Assembly: GCA_048940925.1 (NCBI GenBank)
Contig: JBHLOC010000018.1
Span: 8,415 to 72,414, forward strand
Length of the DNA stretch: 64,000 bases
Direction: 5' to 3'
From: Promethearchaeota archaeon
GTDB taxonomy: Archaea > Asgardarchaeota > Lokiarchaeia > Sigyniarchaeales > SOKP01
Shown: positions 18,737 through 28,973 of the stretch, piece by piece
Position numbering within the stretch: position 1 is the stretch's first letter
Layout of the letters: each line of letters opens with the position of its first letter
Translations under genes and position numbers: made by a program
Notes under the pieces: model-generated
What the model saw: only the letters and a program-made list of their open reading frames with translations
Databases searched by the model: none
Told to the model about the DNA's origin: nothing

Positions 18737-19537
18737 ATGCCAAGAGAATATACGTATGGTCCTTTTCAATCAAGGCGATTAGGGCTCTCATTAGGCGTAA
18801 ATGTTTTGTCAAATTATAAGTTATGCACTTTCAACTGTGTATATTGCGAGATTGGTTTAACATCTCAAGAACATTATGTGTCTCCAGAATTTAGAATAAA
18901 ATTACCACCTTCTTCTAAGTTTAAAAAAGAATTAATTTCAATCTTAAAATATGTGCCTCATATTAATTCAATTACTTTTGGATATAATGGTGAACCTACA
19001 ATAAATGAGAATTTATTAGATTTCTTAGAAATAGCTTCACAGGTAAGAGAAGATTCAAATTGGATAAAAAAGAGACCTATTTTTACCTTATTTACTAATT
19101 CTAGTACTTTGCATTTCAAAGATATAAGAGAAAGAGTCAAAGAATTTGAACTTGTGTTAGCAAAATTAGATGGCGCAACTAAAGAGGATTTTAGAAGGAC
19201 TAATAGACCCCACAGTAAATCACCTGATATTGAAATTATTATTGAATCACTCATTAAACTAAGGCAAAAAATGCCTAAAGGACATAAATTAGCCATTCAA
19301 ACTCTAATTTATAATTCCTATAGAGAAGATTTTATTCCAAATAATAATTATTTAAATTTGAACAAGTTAGCTCAAGCTTTAAAGAAGATTAGGCCTGATT
19401 TTATACAGATTTATTCAATAGCAAGAATTCCAGCAGAATATTTTGTCTACGCAATAGATGAAGAGAGAAAAAAAGAAATAGTAAATGAATTAAAACTTAA
19501 AATTAATGATGAAGATATTAAAATAAATTATTATTAG
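18737..19537 (+). CDS. Radical SAM protein (COG0731-like)
   Basis: YGPFQSRRLGLSLG, CTFNCVYC (CxxxCxxC), GEPT. Confidence 0.88.
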   Translation: MPREYTYGPFQSRRLGLSLGVNVLSNYKLCTFNCVYCEIGLTSQEHYVSPEFRIKLPPSSKFKKELISILKYVPHINSITFGYNGEPTINENLLDFLEIASQVREDSNWIKKRPIFTLFTNSSTLHFKDIRERVKEFELVLAKLDGATKEDFRRTNRPHSKSPDIEIIIESLIKLRQKMPKGHKLAIQTLIYNSYREDFIPNNNYLNLNKLAQALKKIRPDFIQIYSIARIPAEYFVYAIDEERKKEIVNELKLKINDEDIKINYY

Positions 19538-19600
19538 TAGGTTAAATAAAAAAATTAATTATAAATTACGTGTGTATAAGAGTAGATTTATTAAGATTTT

Positions 19601-20617
19601 TTGGTGATAAAAATCGACGAGAAATATATAGCAGGGGTGGATATTGGAGGTACATGGGTTAGAGTTGCTATAAGCAAAGTAGACTTAAAAGAAGAAGAAA
19701 TTAGATCGAAACTTATAAGAACACCTAAAGATCATAAATATTCCATTGCTAATTCTGTGTGTGAAGTTTTTTCAGGACTCATATCAGAAAATTCTATTCA
19801 GAGTAGACAAATTTTAGGTATTGGAATAGCTTCTGCTGGTCCATTAAACACTGAAACTGGAATAGTCTTTAATAATGCTAATTTAGGATTTAGAGAAATT
19901 CATTTAAAAGATCCAATAAAAAAGAAATTTCCAGACATACCATTATATTTCATAAATGATTGTAATGGAGCTGTATTAGGGATACATTATTTTGAGGCAG
20001 AAGAGAGGGAAAGAGATAACCTCGTTTATATCACCATATCTACAGGCGTTGGAGGAGGTGTTATTTGTAATGGTCATTTATTACTAGGAAAAGAAGGGAA
20101 TGCAGCAGAAATAGGACATACAATAGTAGAACCAAGAAGTAGAGCCCAGTGTAATTGTGGGGCGTATGGATGTTGGGAAGCTTATAGTTCTGGAACAGGT
20201 GTTCGAAACAGGGCATTAGACGCATTAAAAAAAGGAAAATTTAACGCAGAAATATTAATGCAAATTGTAAAAGAAGATAGATCTAAAATCACAGCTAAAG
20301 AAGTTTTTCAAGCAGCAAGAGAAGGTGATGAATTATCCAAGAAGATAGTTGATGATTGTGTTTTCTATACCAAAATAGGTATTGGTATTGTTAATAATTA
20401 TTATGATTGTACTTCAATTTATTTTGGAGGAGCAATGATGAACGATAATGAACAGATTATTCCTCATTTAATTAAACAGTTTAAGAGGGATCCTATTAAA
20501 TTCACTACGAATCATCCTCCAAAAATAAAATTAACAAAATATAGAGATGAAATAGGTTTACGAGGGGCATTAGCACTTGTAAAATATAAAATTGAGAATC
20601 ACCAAGTTATTTCTTAA
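19601..20617 (+). CDS. ROK-family sugar kinase (glucokinase-like)
   Basis: GVDIGGT, ND, STGVGGG, EIGH, CNCGAYGCWE zinc motif. Confidence 0.9.
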   Translation: MVIKIDEKYIAGVDIGGTWVRVAISKVDLKEEEIRSKLIRTPKDHKYSIANSVCEVFSGLISENSIQSRQILGIGIASAGPLNTETGIVFNNANLGFREIHLKDPIKKKFPDIPLYFINDCNGAVLGIHYFEAEERERDNLVYITISTGVGGGVICNGHLLLGKEGNAAEIGHTIVEPRSRAQCNCGAYGCWEAYSSGTGVRNRALDALKKGKFNAEILMQIVKEDRSKITAKEVFQAAREGDELSKKIVDDCVFYTKIGIGIVNNYYDCTSIYFGGAMMNDNEQIIPHLIKQFKRDPIKFTTNHPPKIKLTKYRDEIGLRGALALVKYKIENHQVIS

Positions 20618-20644
20618 AATTGAATCAAAAAATAAGAAATTCTA

Positions 20645-22084
20645 ATGAAGCAGGAAAATTTGATATTCACATTGAGTGGAATACGAGGAATAGCAGAAAA
20701 AGATTTTGATTTCAATATCGTAAAAAAGATCAGTATTGCCTATGGATCATGGCTTGAAAGTACAACTAATCAAGTTATTGTAGGGAGAGATACCAGACCA
20801 AGTAGTAAATTCATTGAAAAAGCTGTTATTGAGGGATTAATCGCAGTTGGTTTAAATATTACCAATGTAGGAGTTTGTCCTACTCCGATCATTATCCATG
20901 CTAAAAAGAGCCTGAATATTCCTGGAGGTATTATTATCACGGGCTCCCATAACCCACAGCAGTGGAATGGACTAAAACTCTTATCAGCTAATACCTTTTT
21001 AAACAATGATGATATAAAAGAAATCTCAGCAAAAATAAATAAGGTTGATCTAAATCTTTATCCTTCAACTAAACATGAAGTAAATCAACATACCAAAAAT
21101 TTGAATCCCATCCAGAATTATATTCAAGATTTAACTACTTATATTGATTATGAAAAAATTAAAAAGCGAAATGATCTTAGTGTTGTTATTGATACAGGAG
21201 CAGGCGCAGGTAAAATCGCAACACCTCAAGTTCTAAATAAAATAGGATGTAAAGTAAAAGTGATTAACAATGATTTACTCGTCAATGACGTATTTCCAAG
21301 AGAAATTGAACCTATTGAAGAAAATTTAAAAGATTTAATAATGGAAGTATGGCAAGGTAACCATGATATTGGATTTGCACACGATTCTGATGCCGATAGA
21401 TTAGCTATAATCGGAGAAAGTGGAATATATTATCCTGAAGATATTGGTTTGGCACTCATTACAGATTTTTATTTAAAAAAATTTTTTAACTCTGATAAAG
21501 AAATTATATTTATTACAAATTTAGCGTCTTCCTTAAGGTTTGAAGTGCTTGCTAAAAAATATAACGCGGAAGTCATCAGAACCCGAGTAGGAGAGAGATT
21601 TTTAGCAGAAAAAATGGAAATTTTAATTAAGGAAGAAAGTATAAAGTCGACAAATCGGTTAGTTTTTGGAGGAGAAGGTTCATGTGGGGGCTTTATGTTT
21701 CCTTATTTTAATAATACTAGAGATGGAATTTTTGCAGCTGTAAAAATAGTTGAAATTCTTGTTAGGTCTGAAAAAAAAATCTCAGATCTAATAGCGAGGT
21801 TACCAAAATTTTATTCACAAAGAGAAAAAGTCAATATCGAGAATAAAGATACTAAACAGATAATCGATTTAGTAAAACACGAACTTATTGAAGAAGGAGA
21901 ACACATAATACAATATGATCTTGATCTCCGATTTGGTAAAGGGATGGAGTGGTTTGTTTTAATACACCCCTCCAATACTGAACAAGTTATTAGAATTATA
22001 AGTGAGGCTAAGCGAGAGTCATTAGCAAGAATATATTGTGAAGCTACAGCTGAATTAGTACGGCTAGTAATAAAAACGATTTAG
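20645..22084 (+). CDS. Phosphohexomutase (phosphomannomutase/phosphoglucosamine mutase family)
   Basis: SGIRG, GRDTR, ITGSHNP phosphoserine loop, DSDADR metal loop. Confidence 0.9.
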   Translation: MKQENLIFTLSGIRGIAEKDFDFNIVKKISIAYGSWLESTTNQVIVGRDTRPSSKFIEKAVIEGLIAVGLNITNVGVCPTPIIIHAKKSLNIPGGIIITGSHNPQQWNGLKLLSANTFLNNDDIKEISAKINKVDLNLYPSTKHEVNQHTKNLNPIQNYIQDLTTYIDYEKIKKRNDLSVVIDTGAGAGKIATPQVLNKIGCKVKVINNDLLVNDVFPREIEPIEENLKDLIMEVWQGNHDIGFAHDSDADRLAIIGESGIYYPEDIGLALITDFYLKKFFNSDKEIIFITNLASSLRFEVLAKKYNAEVIRTRVGERFLAEKMEILIKEESIKSTNRLVFGGEGSCGGFMFPYFNNTRDGIFAAVKIVEILVRSEKKISDLIARLPKFYSQREKVNIENKDTKQIIDLVKHELIEEGEHIIQYDLDLRFGKGMEWFVLIHPSNTEQVIRIISEAKRESLARIYCEATAELVRLVIKTI

Positions 22085-22571
22085 CCTTCAATTATGAATT
22101 TTGTAACAGGTAGTCCCATTTATTTCCCACTATTCACTTCAAATATTTATATACTTACGTAAAATTTAAATAATAAAATGTGATATAATTACATTAAACA
22201 TATTTGTTGATTACATCATGGTAATTAAAGATTATTGGTGGATTGGGTTGGATTGTGGAGATGCACTAATCCGTACTCCGTCTATTAGTAAATCAATGAC
22301 CATGACATTAATGTATGTAGGTTTTAATGTACATCCTTAATACATTATCCTAATAAATACATAAAAATCAGCAAAACTTTGACACTCATCCTTTAACTTT
22401 TCATACGTTACTTAAAAAGTAACTTATAACCTTGACCTAAATCTCTGTTTCTTATAAGATTTCTACATAGTATTAGCTTTAGTGCAGAATAATTTCAAAT
22501 TAGGGTAAATAAATATGTTTTTTTCCAATAAATAAATTTATGAAAAAATTTAAATAAATAAATAAAAAGAG

Positions 22572-22826
22572 GTGGAAATTTTGTTAGAATTAAAGGAATT
22601 GGCAGAAGATAGAGAAGCCGCTGAACTTAAGGAAGCTCAGGAATTAGTGAGATTTGAATTACTTGAGCTTAACTATTATAAAAAACAAAAGAAACAAGCG
22701 AGATTAGAAAAAAGAAATTTAGAGTTATTAGACCTTTATGCGAAGCATAATCTAAGATACTTAGAAGAAAAGCAAAATTACTTAAGAAACCTAGAAGCCA
22801 TAAGAGAAAATTATAGGAATTATTAA
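22572..22826 (+). CDS. Small coiled-coil hypothetical protein
   Basis: 84-aa charged ORF; SD-like gaggtgg suggests a start at TTG 22581. Confidence 0.55.
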   Translation: MEILLELKELAEDREAAELKEAQELVRFELLELNYYKKQKKQARLEKRNLELLDLYAKHNLRYLEEKQNYLRNLEAIRENYRNY

Positions 22827-22866
22827 TTCTGCTAACGAAATCGAAAATAAAGAAAGGTGAATCCTA

Positions 22867-24135
22867 ATATCAGCAAGTAATAGAGAAATAGATAAAGAAG
22901 TAATAGATCTTGAGACTGTATATGATAAAGTAGAGAAATTTGGTTTTAAAATTCAGTTAAATAAATGGGAATCAAATTTGAGGAAATCGTATTTATTTCA
23001 TTTTTTCATGGGTCTTCACTTGATTTCAGGAGTGTTAATACCGTTTTTCCTCACTTGGGGAAAATTAACATTCATTGAAGTAATGCTCTTACAAAGCTAC
23101 TTTACAATAATGATTTTAACATTTGAGATTCCTTGCGGAGCTATAGCTGATTATATCAGTAGAAAGGTTTCTTTAATACTCGGGGCTTTCATCACCGCAC
23201 TTGCAGCTCTTATCTATGGAAGTTATCCAAGCATAATAATTTTCATTATTGGTGAGACATTATGGGCTTTTGCTAGTGCTTTAACAACTGGTACTGATCA
23301 AGCGTTTATCTTTGATACGTTGCGAAAGCTTGAAAGAGAGGATGATATTTCAAAAGTGATAGCTAGAAATAGGAGCTTTATGTTGTGTGGTATAATAATT
23401 TCAGCTCCAATCGGTTCAATCATCGGTGCTAATATATCATTAAATTTAGTAATGACTTTTATGTTTATCCCATTTTTCGTTGCAACATTAATATCTCTAA
23501 CATTAGAAGAACCAAATCATGATTTAGAGAAAAAGAAATCTGAGAAATATATCACTATAGTAAAATCTGGCTTTAATGAACTCAAGAAAAACAGCGTTCT
23601 AAGAGTTTTATCATTTGAAATGATAATAACAGAGGTAGCAGTATCCTTTATAATTTGGCTGTATCAGCTTTATCTTGAAGCATTACAGTTACAACTGATA
23701 TTCTTTGGACTCGTAAGTGCAACAATGACTTTAATACAAATAATTTTTAACAATCTAGGAATAAAACTTCAAAATAGATATAATAATAAGAAACAATTCC
23801 TACAATTTTATTCAATAATACCAGGAATAGGATTTATTCTTATGTCAATGATATTCTTTATACCAGTGAGTATTCCTTTAATTCTTATAGTAATTGGATT
23901 TGGTTTTTCACGGAGTCTATTATTTACTAAGGGAATAAATAAACAAATTAAGACTCAGAATAGAGCTACGGTGATAAGCACAATAAGTATGATAGCAAGT
24001 CTGTTAAGAGTAATTCTTTATCCCCTCATTGGATTTCTTGGAATGATGAATTTAAATATAACATTTTTATTTCTTGGAGCTGTGATAATCGTTTTTGCAT
24101 TGATCTCAAGAATTAAGACCGAATATTTAGAATAA
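22867..24135 (+). CDS. MFS transporter
   Basis: EIPCGAIADYISRK motif A and about 12 TM segments. The frame stays open 37 codons upstream of the TTG at 22978 to an ATA placed 6 nt after AGGTGA; the start is inferred. Confidence 0.85.
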   Translation: MSASNREIDKEVIDLETVYDKVEKFGFKIQLNKWESNLRKSYLFHFFMGLHLISGVLIPFFLTWGKLTFIEVMLLQSYFTIMILTFEIPCGAIADYISRKVSLILGAFITALAALIYGSYPSIIIFIIGETLWAFASALTTGTDQAFIFDTLRKLEREDDISKVIARNRSFMLCGIIISAPIGSIIGANISLNLVMTFMFIPFFVATLISLTLEEPNHDLEKKKSEKYITIVKSGFNELKKNSVLRVLSFEMIITEVAVSFIIWLYQLYLEALQLQLIFFGLVSATMTLIQIIFNNLGIKLQNRYNNKKQFLQFYSIIPGIGFILMSMIFFIPVSIPLILIVIGFGFSRSLLFTKGINKQIKTQNRATVISTISMIASLLRVILYPLIGFLGMMNLNITFLFLGAVIIVFALISRIKTEYLE

Positions 24136-24240
24136 AATTATTTTTTTTTTAAAATTTAAAAATTCAAAAAATAAAGAATGGAAAAAAATTAGAAAAATTA
24201 ATAAGGATAAATTAGAAAGATCTGCAGGAGGGACTCAAAT

Positions 24241-25776
24241 ATGAAAAAAGTGTATATTACTACTCCTATTTATTATATAAATGCCGATCCTCATATTGGA
24301 CACGCCCATACTTCAATTATGGGTGATATTTTAAAACGATTTTTAAAAATGCGGGGGATTGATGTTTTCTATACAACAGGTGTTGATGAGCATGGACAAA
24401 AAAACCAAGCTAGTACCCTTATGAGTGGTCTTCCCCAAGCAGAATATTTAGATCAACAATCGACAATCTATAGGTCCTTATTTGAAAAATTAAATATTTC
24501 CTTTGATTTTTTTGTCCGAACTTCGCATATAGGTCATAAAGATTATGTAAAGCAGGTTTTGAATGAACTTTTTAGGAAGAAATTGATTTATAAAAAATAT
24601 TATGAAGGTCTATATTGTCTTGGATGCGAACAATTTAAGAAACCCTCAGATTTGGATAAAAATGGTTTATGCACTGATCATAAAAAAATTCCAGAACTAC
24701 AAAAAGAAATGAATTATTTTTTAAAGATTAGTGAATATCAATCTTGGTTAACGAATTACATAGAGGAAAATAAATACTTTATTCAACCTCCTGTCTTCAA
24801 AAAAGAAGTATTAGCTATGCTAGAGGATCCATTAGAGGACTTATGTATTTCTCGTCCTAAAAGTAGAGTAACATTAGGAATTGATTTCCCTTTTGACGAT
24901 GATTTTGTTACCTATGTATGGTTTGACGCCCTTTTAAATTATATCTCTAATCTTAAATTAAATTTTAAGGAAGAATCTGAATTTAATGAATATTGGAGTA
25001 ATAGCATACATTTATTGGCCAAAGATATTATTAAAACTCATTGTATCTATTGGCCTATACTGCTTAAACTTCTTGATATAGATCCACCAAAATCTTTTCA
25101 GATTCATGGATTTTGGGTTGGTGAAGGAGGAATAAAAATGTCAAAATCATTAGGAAATATCATAGATCCAAAAAAACTCCAACAGGAAATTGGGACAGAT
25201 GCAATGCGATACTATTTATGTAGCAAAATGACATATAAAGACTCACAGATTAGTATTTCGCTGATAAAATCTAATTATGAAGCTGATTTAGCAAATAATA
25301 TAGGAAATCTTCTATATCGTGCTTGTAAATTTACATTTAAGAATTTTAATGGGAAAATCCCTAAACCAGGAAAATTTGACCAAAGAGAAAAGGATATACA
25401 CCTATTTTTAAGCAATCACATAAAATTAGATTTTAAGCAATTAAGTTTAAAAGTAGCTCATGACATAACCAAAAGAATTATCATAATTGGAAATAGGCTT
25501 AATAAATATTTTAATGATGTGACTCCCTGGGAACTAGTAAAAGATAGAGATAGAATAGAGGAGTTGAAAGCAATATTATATACTGTATTAGATGGGATTA
25601 AAATTCTTTTTGAACTTGCATATCCTATAATGCCGAATATTGCGAATGAGGTTTTAAAGATTATTGGAGCCAGTAAAATACCTGATAAGATTATTAATTA
25701 CGAGATAAAAGTAGGAAAACTCAAACCAGATTCAAAAATGTTAAAGCCTAAAATAATTTTTCCAAAATTAAATTGA
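24241..25776 (+). CDS. metG: Methionyl-tRNA synthetase, short MetRS1 (bacterial/organellar) type
   Basis: YITTPIYYINADPHIGH, DEHGQK, single knuckle CLGCE, YVWFDALLNY, KMSKS; no C-terminal OB domain. Confidence 0.92.
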   Translation: MKKVYITTPIYYINADPHIGHAHTSIMGDILKRFLKMRGIDVFYTTGVDEHGQKNQASTLMSGLPQAEYLDQQSTIYRSLFEKLNISFDFFVRTSHIGHKDYVKQVLNELFRKKLIYKKYYEGLYCLGCEQFKKPSDLDKNGLCTDHKKIPELQKEMNYFLKISEYQSWLTNYIEENKYFIQPPVFKKEVLAMLEDPLEDLCISRPKSRVTLGIDFPFDDDFVTYVWFDALLNYISNLKLNFKEESEFNEYWSNSIHLLAKDIIKTHCIYWPILLKLLDIDPPKSFQIHGFWVGEGGIKMSKSLGNIIDPKKLQQEIGTDAMRYYLCSKMTYKDSQISISLIKSNYEADLANNIGNLLYRACKFTFKNFNGKIPKPGKFDQREKDIHLFLSNHIKLDFKQLSLKVAHDITKRIIIIGNRLNKYFNDVTPWELVKDRDRIEELKAILYTVLDGIKILFELAYPIMPNIANEVLKIIGASKIPDKIINYEIKVGKLKPDSKMLKPKIIFPKLN

Positions 25777-25781
25777 ACTGA

Positions 25782-27608
25782 TTAAAGATTTAGGTTTTCT
25801 AAAATCTTTTCTGCTAATTTTTTTCCTATAATCTGAGACATTTCTTCAATAGATGCCTTTTTGATATTATCTACACTCCCAAAGTGATTTAATAGCTTAT
25901 TTCTTGTAACTGGACCAACTCCTTCAATATCATCCAAAATTGAGCCGATAATTCTTTTTTTCCTTTGTTTTTTATGAAGCCTCACAGCAAATCTATGGGC
26001 CTCATCACGAATTCTTTGAAATAACTTTAAAATTGGTGAGGTTCTTGGTAGAATAACAGGTTCATATTTATTAGGCATATAAATTTCTTCATACTTTTTA
26101 GCTAAGCCTATAATAGGAATTTCAAGACCTAATTCTTGTAACACAGAAATACCTGCATTTAATTGTCCTTTTCCGCCATCAACCACAATTAAATCGGGAA
26201 GTTCTAAGTTACGTTTCAATAGCATGGAATACCTTCTTTTTAATACTTCTTTCATCATTGCTACATCATCAGGTGTCGATTTGGTTTTAATTTTAAAATG
26301 CCTATAATTTTTGTTATATGGCTTTCCATCTAAAAAGTAAACCATCGAACCTGTTGCGTCTCTTCCTTCTATATTTGATATATCAAAACCTTCAATGATC
26401 CTCGGCTTTTTTGGTAAACTTAAAATTTTTTTAGCTTCTTTTAATACTTCTTCTCTAAAATCCTTTTCATCCAATTTAATCTGTTCCATTTGAACTTGTT
26501 GATTGACAATAACCTTAGCATTTTTATTAGCGATTCTCATTAAGCTTTCTTCATATTCATCTTTAGGAGTCCTTATTATTATCTCCTTTTTCATATCTTT
26601 TAAATAGTCAATTAGAAGATGAAACTTTTTATTTACTTCAGCAATAACTATTGCTTCAGGTAATTGTGTTTTAAAGTCTTGGTAATACTGCTCTAAGATA
26701 GAAGAGAGCAATTCATTTTTTTGAATAAGCTTTTTTCTTAAATCGAAATTGAAGGAATTTTTATTTATAATTCTATTTTCTCTAATTTGGATTATCACCA
26801 TAGCCATATAATTATCCTCAGAGTAATATCCAATTATATCCTTGTTTACATCGGGGGTCAATAAAACATGCTGCTTATCTGTTGCATGCTCAATATCATT
26901 TAATTTATCCCTCCAGAAAGCAGCTAATTCAAATTCTTGGGCTTTTGAAGCATTTTGCATTTTTTCCTCAATTTGTTTTTTTAAGTCACTTGTTTCTCCT
27001 TTTAAAAACATTTCGATTCTTTTGACATTATCAAGATATTCTTGTTTTGTTATTTTAGTAAAACATGGACCCGGGCAGAGTTTTAATTGAAAATATAAAC
27101 AGGGTCTCTTCTTTTTTTTAACAGGTTTTTTACATGAACAATAGGGAAAAATTTTTCTTAAATCTCTTAACACTCTTATAATTTCTTTTTTATCTGTATA
27201 GGGTCCTAAAAATAAGTTATCTTGAGAAAATTTTTCTGGATTCCTAATTACACGAATTCTAGGAAAAGCCTCAGCATAATAAATTGCTACCCATGGATAA
27301 GACTTAGAATCCCTCATAATTACATTAAATGGAGGGAGGTGTTTTTTGATTTGGATATTTTCTAAAAGGAGTGCTTCTTTTTCATTTTCTGTTATAATAT
27401 ATTCAATAGAATGAATTTTGCTTACTAATTCCTTGATTTTTTCCTCGTAATAAGGGTCATTATAACTAGTTTTCAAAAAATATTGATTTACTCTTTTTTT
27501 AAGATTTATGGCTTTTCCAATATATAGTATTGAACCTTTCTTATCAATAAATAAATAAACTCCAGTTTCATTAGGGAGACTTTTTCTTTGTAATTCTATT
27601 TCATTCAT
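25782..27608 (-). CDS. uvrC: Excinuclease ABC subunit C
   Basis: GIY-YIG (GVYLF...YIGKA), Cys cluster, UVR domain, IEGFDIS, DGGKGQL, RDEAHRFA, HhH. Confidence 0.96.
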   Translation of the reverse strand: MNEIELQRKSLPNETGVYLFIDKKGSILYIGKAINLKKRVNQYFLKTSYNDPYYEEKIKELVSKIHSIEYIITENEKEALLLENIQIKKHLPPFNVIMRDSKSYPWVAIYYAEAFPRIRVIRNPEKFSQDNLFLGPYTDKKEIIRVLRDLRKIFPYCSCKKPVKKKKRPCLYFQLKLCPGPCFTKITKQEYLDNVKRIEMFLKGETSDLKKQIEEKMQNASKAQEFELAAFWRDKLNDIEHATDKQHVLLTPDVNKDIIGYYSEDNYMAMVIIQIRENRIINKNSFNFDLRKKLIQKNELLSSILEQYYQDFKTQLPEAIVIAEVNKKFHLLIDYLKDMKKEIIIRTPKDEYEESLMRIANKNAKVIVNQQVQMEQIKLDEKDFREEVLKEAKKILSLPKKPRIIEGFDISNIEGRDATGSMVYFLDGKPYNKNYRHFKIKTKSTPDDVAMMKEVLKRRYSMLLKRNLELPDLIVVDGGKGQLNAGISVLQELGLEIPIIGLAKKYEEIYMPNKYEPVILPRTSPILKLFQRIRDEAHRFAVRLHKKQRKKRIIGSILDDIEGVGPVTRNKLLNHFGSVDNIKKASIEEMSQIIGKKLAEKILENLNL

Positions 27609-27818
27609 GGATAAATTGAAAGTTATCAGAATATATGATATGATAGTCGATTAAATTTTTTTATTTTTATTAATAAAGGGTTCAAGATATAATTAATAAT
27701 TAAAGAGATTAAATTTTATTAATTATTATTAAATATAAGAAACTCATAATGAGATTTAATTTTCAAGAAATTTTGAGTTTCCTATTTATAACCTATAAAA
27801 TCTTCCTTACAAATAAAT

Positions 27819-28025
27819 ATGGTAAAAATAAGATTATGTCCAAAATGTAAAAAGCCAAAATTGAAAATGGCTGTTAATGTTTCGGGTTGGTTAGCACCTG
27901 ATATGTATGAATGCACTGCTTGTGGTTATATTGGACTCTTTTATATTGAAGTTGATTCAGAAGATTATCAATTGGATCAAGAAGAAAGCTCTGTTAATTT
28001 AAAGGAAAAAGACAATAATGTGTGA
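27819..28025 (+). CDS. Small zinc-ribbon protein
   Basis: CPKC...CTACG; overlaps the start of the next gene. Confidence 0.75.
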   Translation: MVKIRLCPKCKKPKLKMAVNVSGWLAPDMYECTACGYIGLFYIEVDSEDYQLDQEESSVNLKEKDNNV

Positions 28026-28963
28026 TATTGATGGAACAACTACTAAAAGATGCTGAAAGAATTAGATCCCTTGAAATTCAAGGCGCTACTAATGTAGCTA
28101 TTAGTGCGATTGATTTTTTAAGTAATTATGCGAAAAGATTAAAATGTGAAAACTTAGAGAGCGGTTTTGAGCATCTTTATAATGCAAGAGATATTTTAAT
28201 TGAAACAAGACCAACTGAGCCAGCTATGAAAAATGGTTTAAAATTTATAATAAATAAATTAGAAGAAGAAAAAGATCATTGTGATGCGGAGTACATTTCT
28301 GATATTATTGAAAAGTATAAAAATCAATATTATGATATGCTCCAAAATTCAAAGAAAAAAATTGCTCAAATTGGTGCTCGGCGAATCCCCGCTGCCAGTA
28401 AGAAATATATTGTAATGACTCACTGTCATTCATCTTTAGTTGTTGCTATTTTATTAGAAGCTAAAAAACAGGGAAAAAATTTCAAGGTAATAAATACTGA
28501 AACCCAACCGAGATTACAAGGTCGCAAGACAGCAGAAAAGCTATTAGATGCTGGAATTGAAGTTACTCACATTGTTGATAGCGCCATGCGATGGGCTGTT
28601 AGACATTTTCAAGTAGATCTAATTATAATAGGGGCAGATAGCATAACTTCTGAGGGGACAATAATCAACAAAATAGGATCACGATTGTTGGCATTAGTAG
28701 CTCATGAAGAACACGTTCCTTTTTATGTTGCATCTCCCTTATTGAAATATAATCCAGAAACCAATCTGGGTATTTTAGAAACTATCGAAATGAGAGATCC
28801 AAACGAAATATGGGAAAATCCTCCTAAAGGGATTAAGATTCTAAATCCTGCATTCGAAACTGTAAGCAGAAGATATATTGATGGGTTAATTACAGAAGCG
28901 GGAATATTTGCTACGAGTCATGTACCAAATTATTTCGTTAAATTATATCCAGAAATGGCATAA
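28022..28963 (+). CDS. Ribose-1,5-bisphosphate isomerase (eIF2B-like family)
   Basis: EIQGA, RPTEP, THCHS, GAD, NKIGS, NPAF; adjacent to RuBisCO. Confidence 0.85.
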   Translation: MILMEQLLKDAERIRSLEIQGATNVAISAIDFLSNYAKRLKCENLESGFEHLYNARDILIETRPTEPAMKNGLKFIINKLEEEKDHCDAEYISDIIEKYKNQYYDMLQNSKKKIAQIGARRIPAASKKYIVMTHCHSSLVVAILLEAKKQGKNFKVINTETQPRLQGRKTAEKLLDAGIEVTHIVDSAMRWAVRHFQVDLIIIGADSITSEGTIINKIGSRLLALVAHEEHVPFYVASPLLKYNPETNLGILETIEMRDPNEIWENPPKGIKILNPAFETVSRRYIDGLITEAGIFATSHVPNYFVKLYPEMA

Positions 28964-28973
28964 TTTTCTTTAT

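Noticed and set aside
22218-22340. 40-codon ORF MVIKDYWWIGLDCGDA... and nearby palindrome GTTACTT-AAA-AAGTAAC (22407-22423)
   Set aside because: Too short and without SD or family support; it could be a gene remnant or a regulator site, but I cannot support either.
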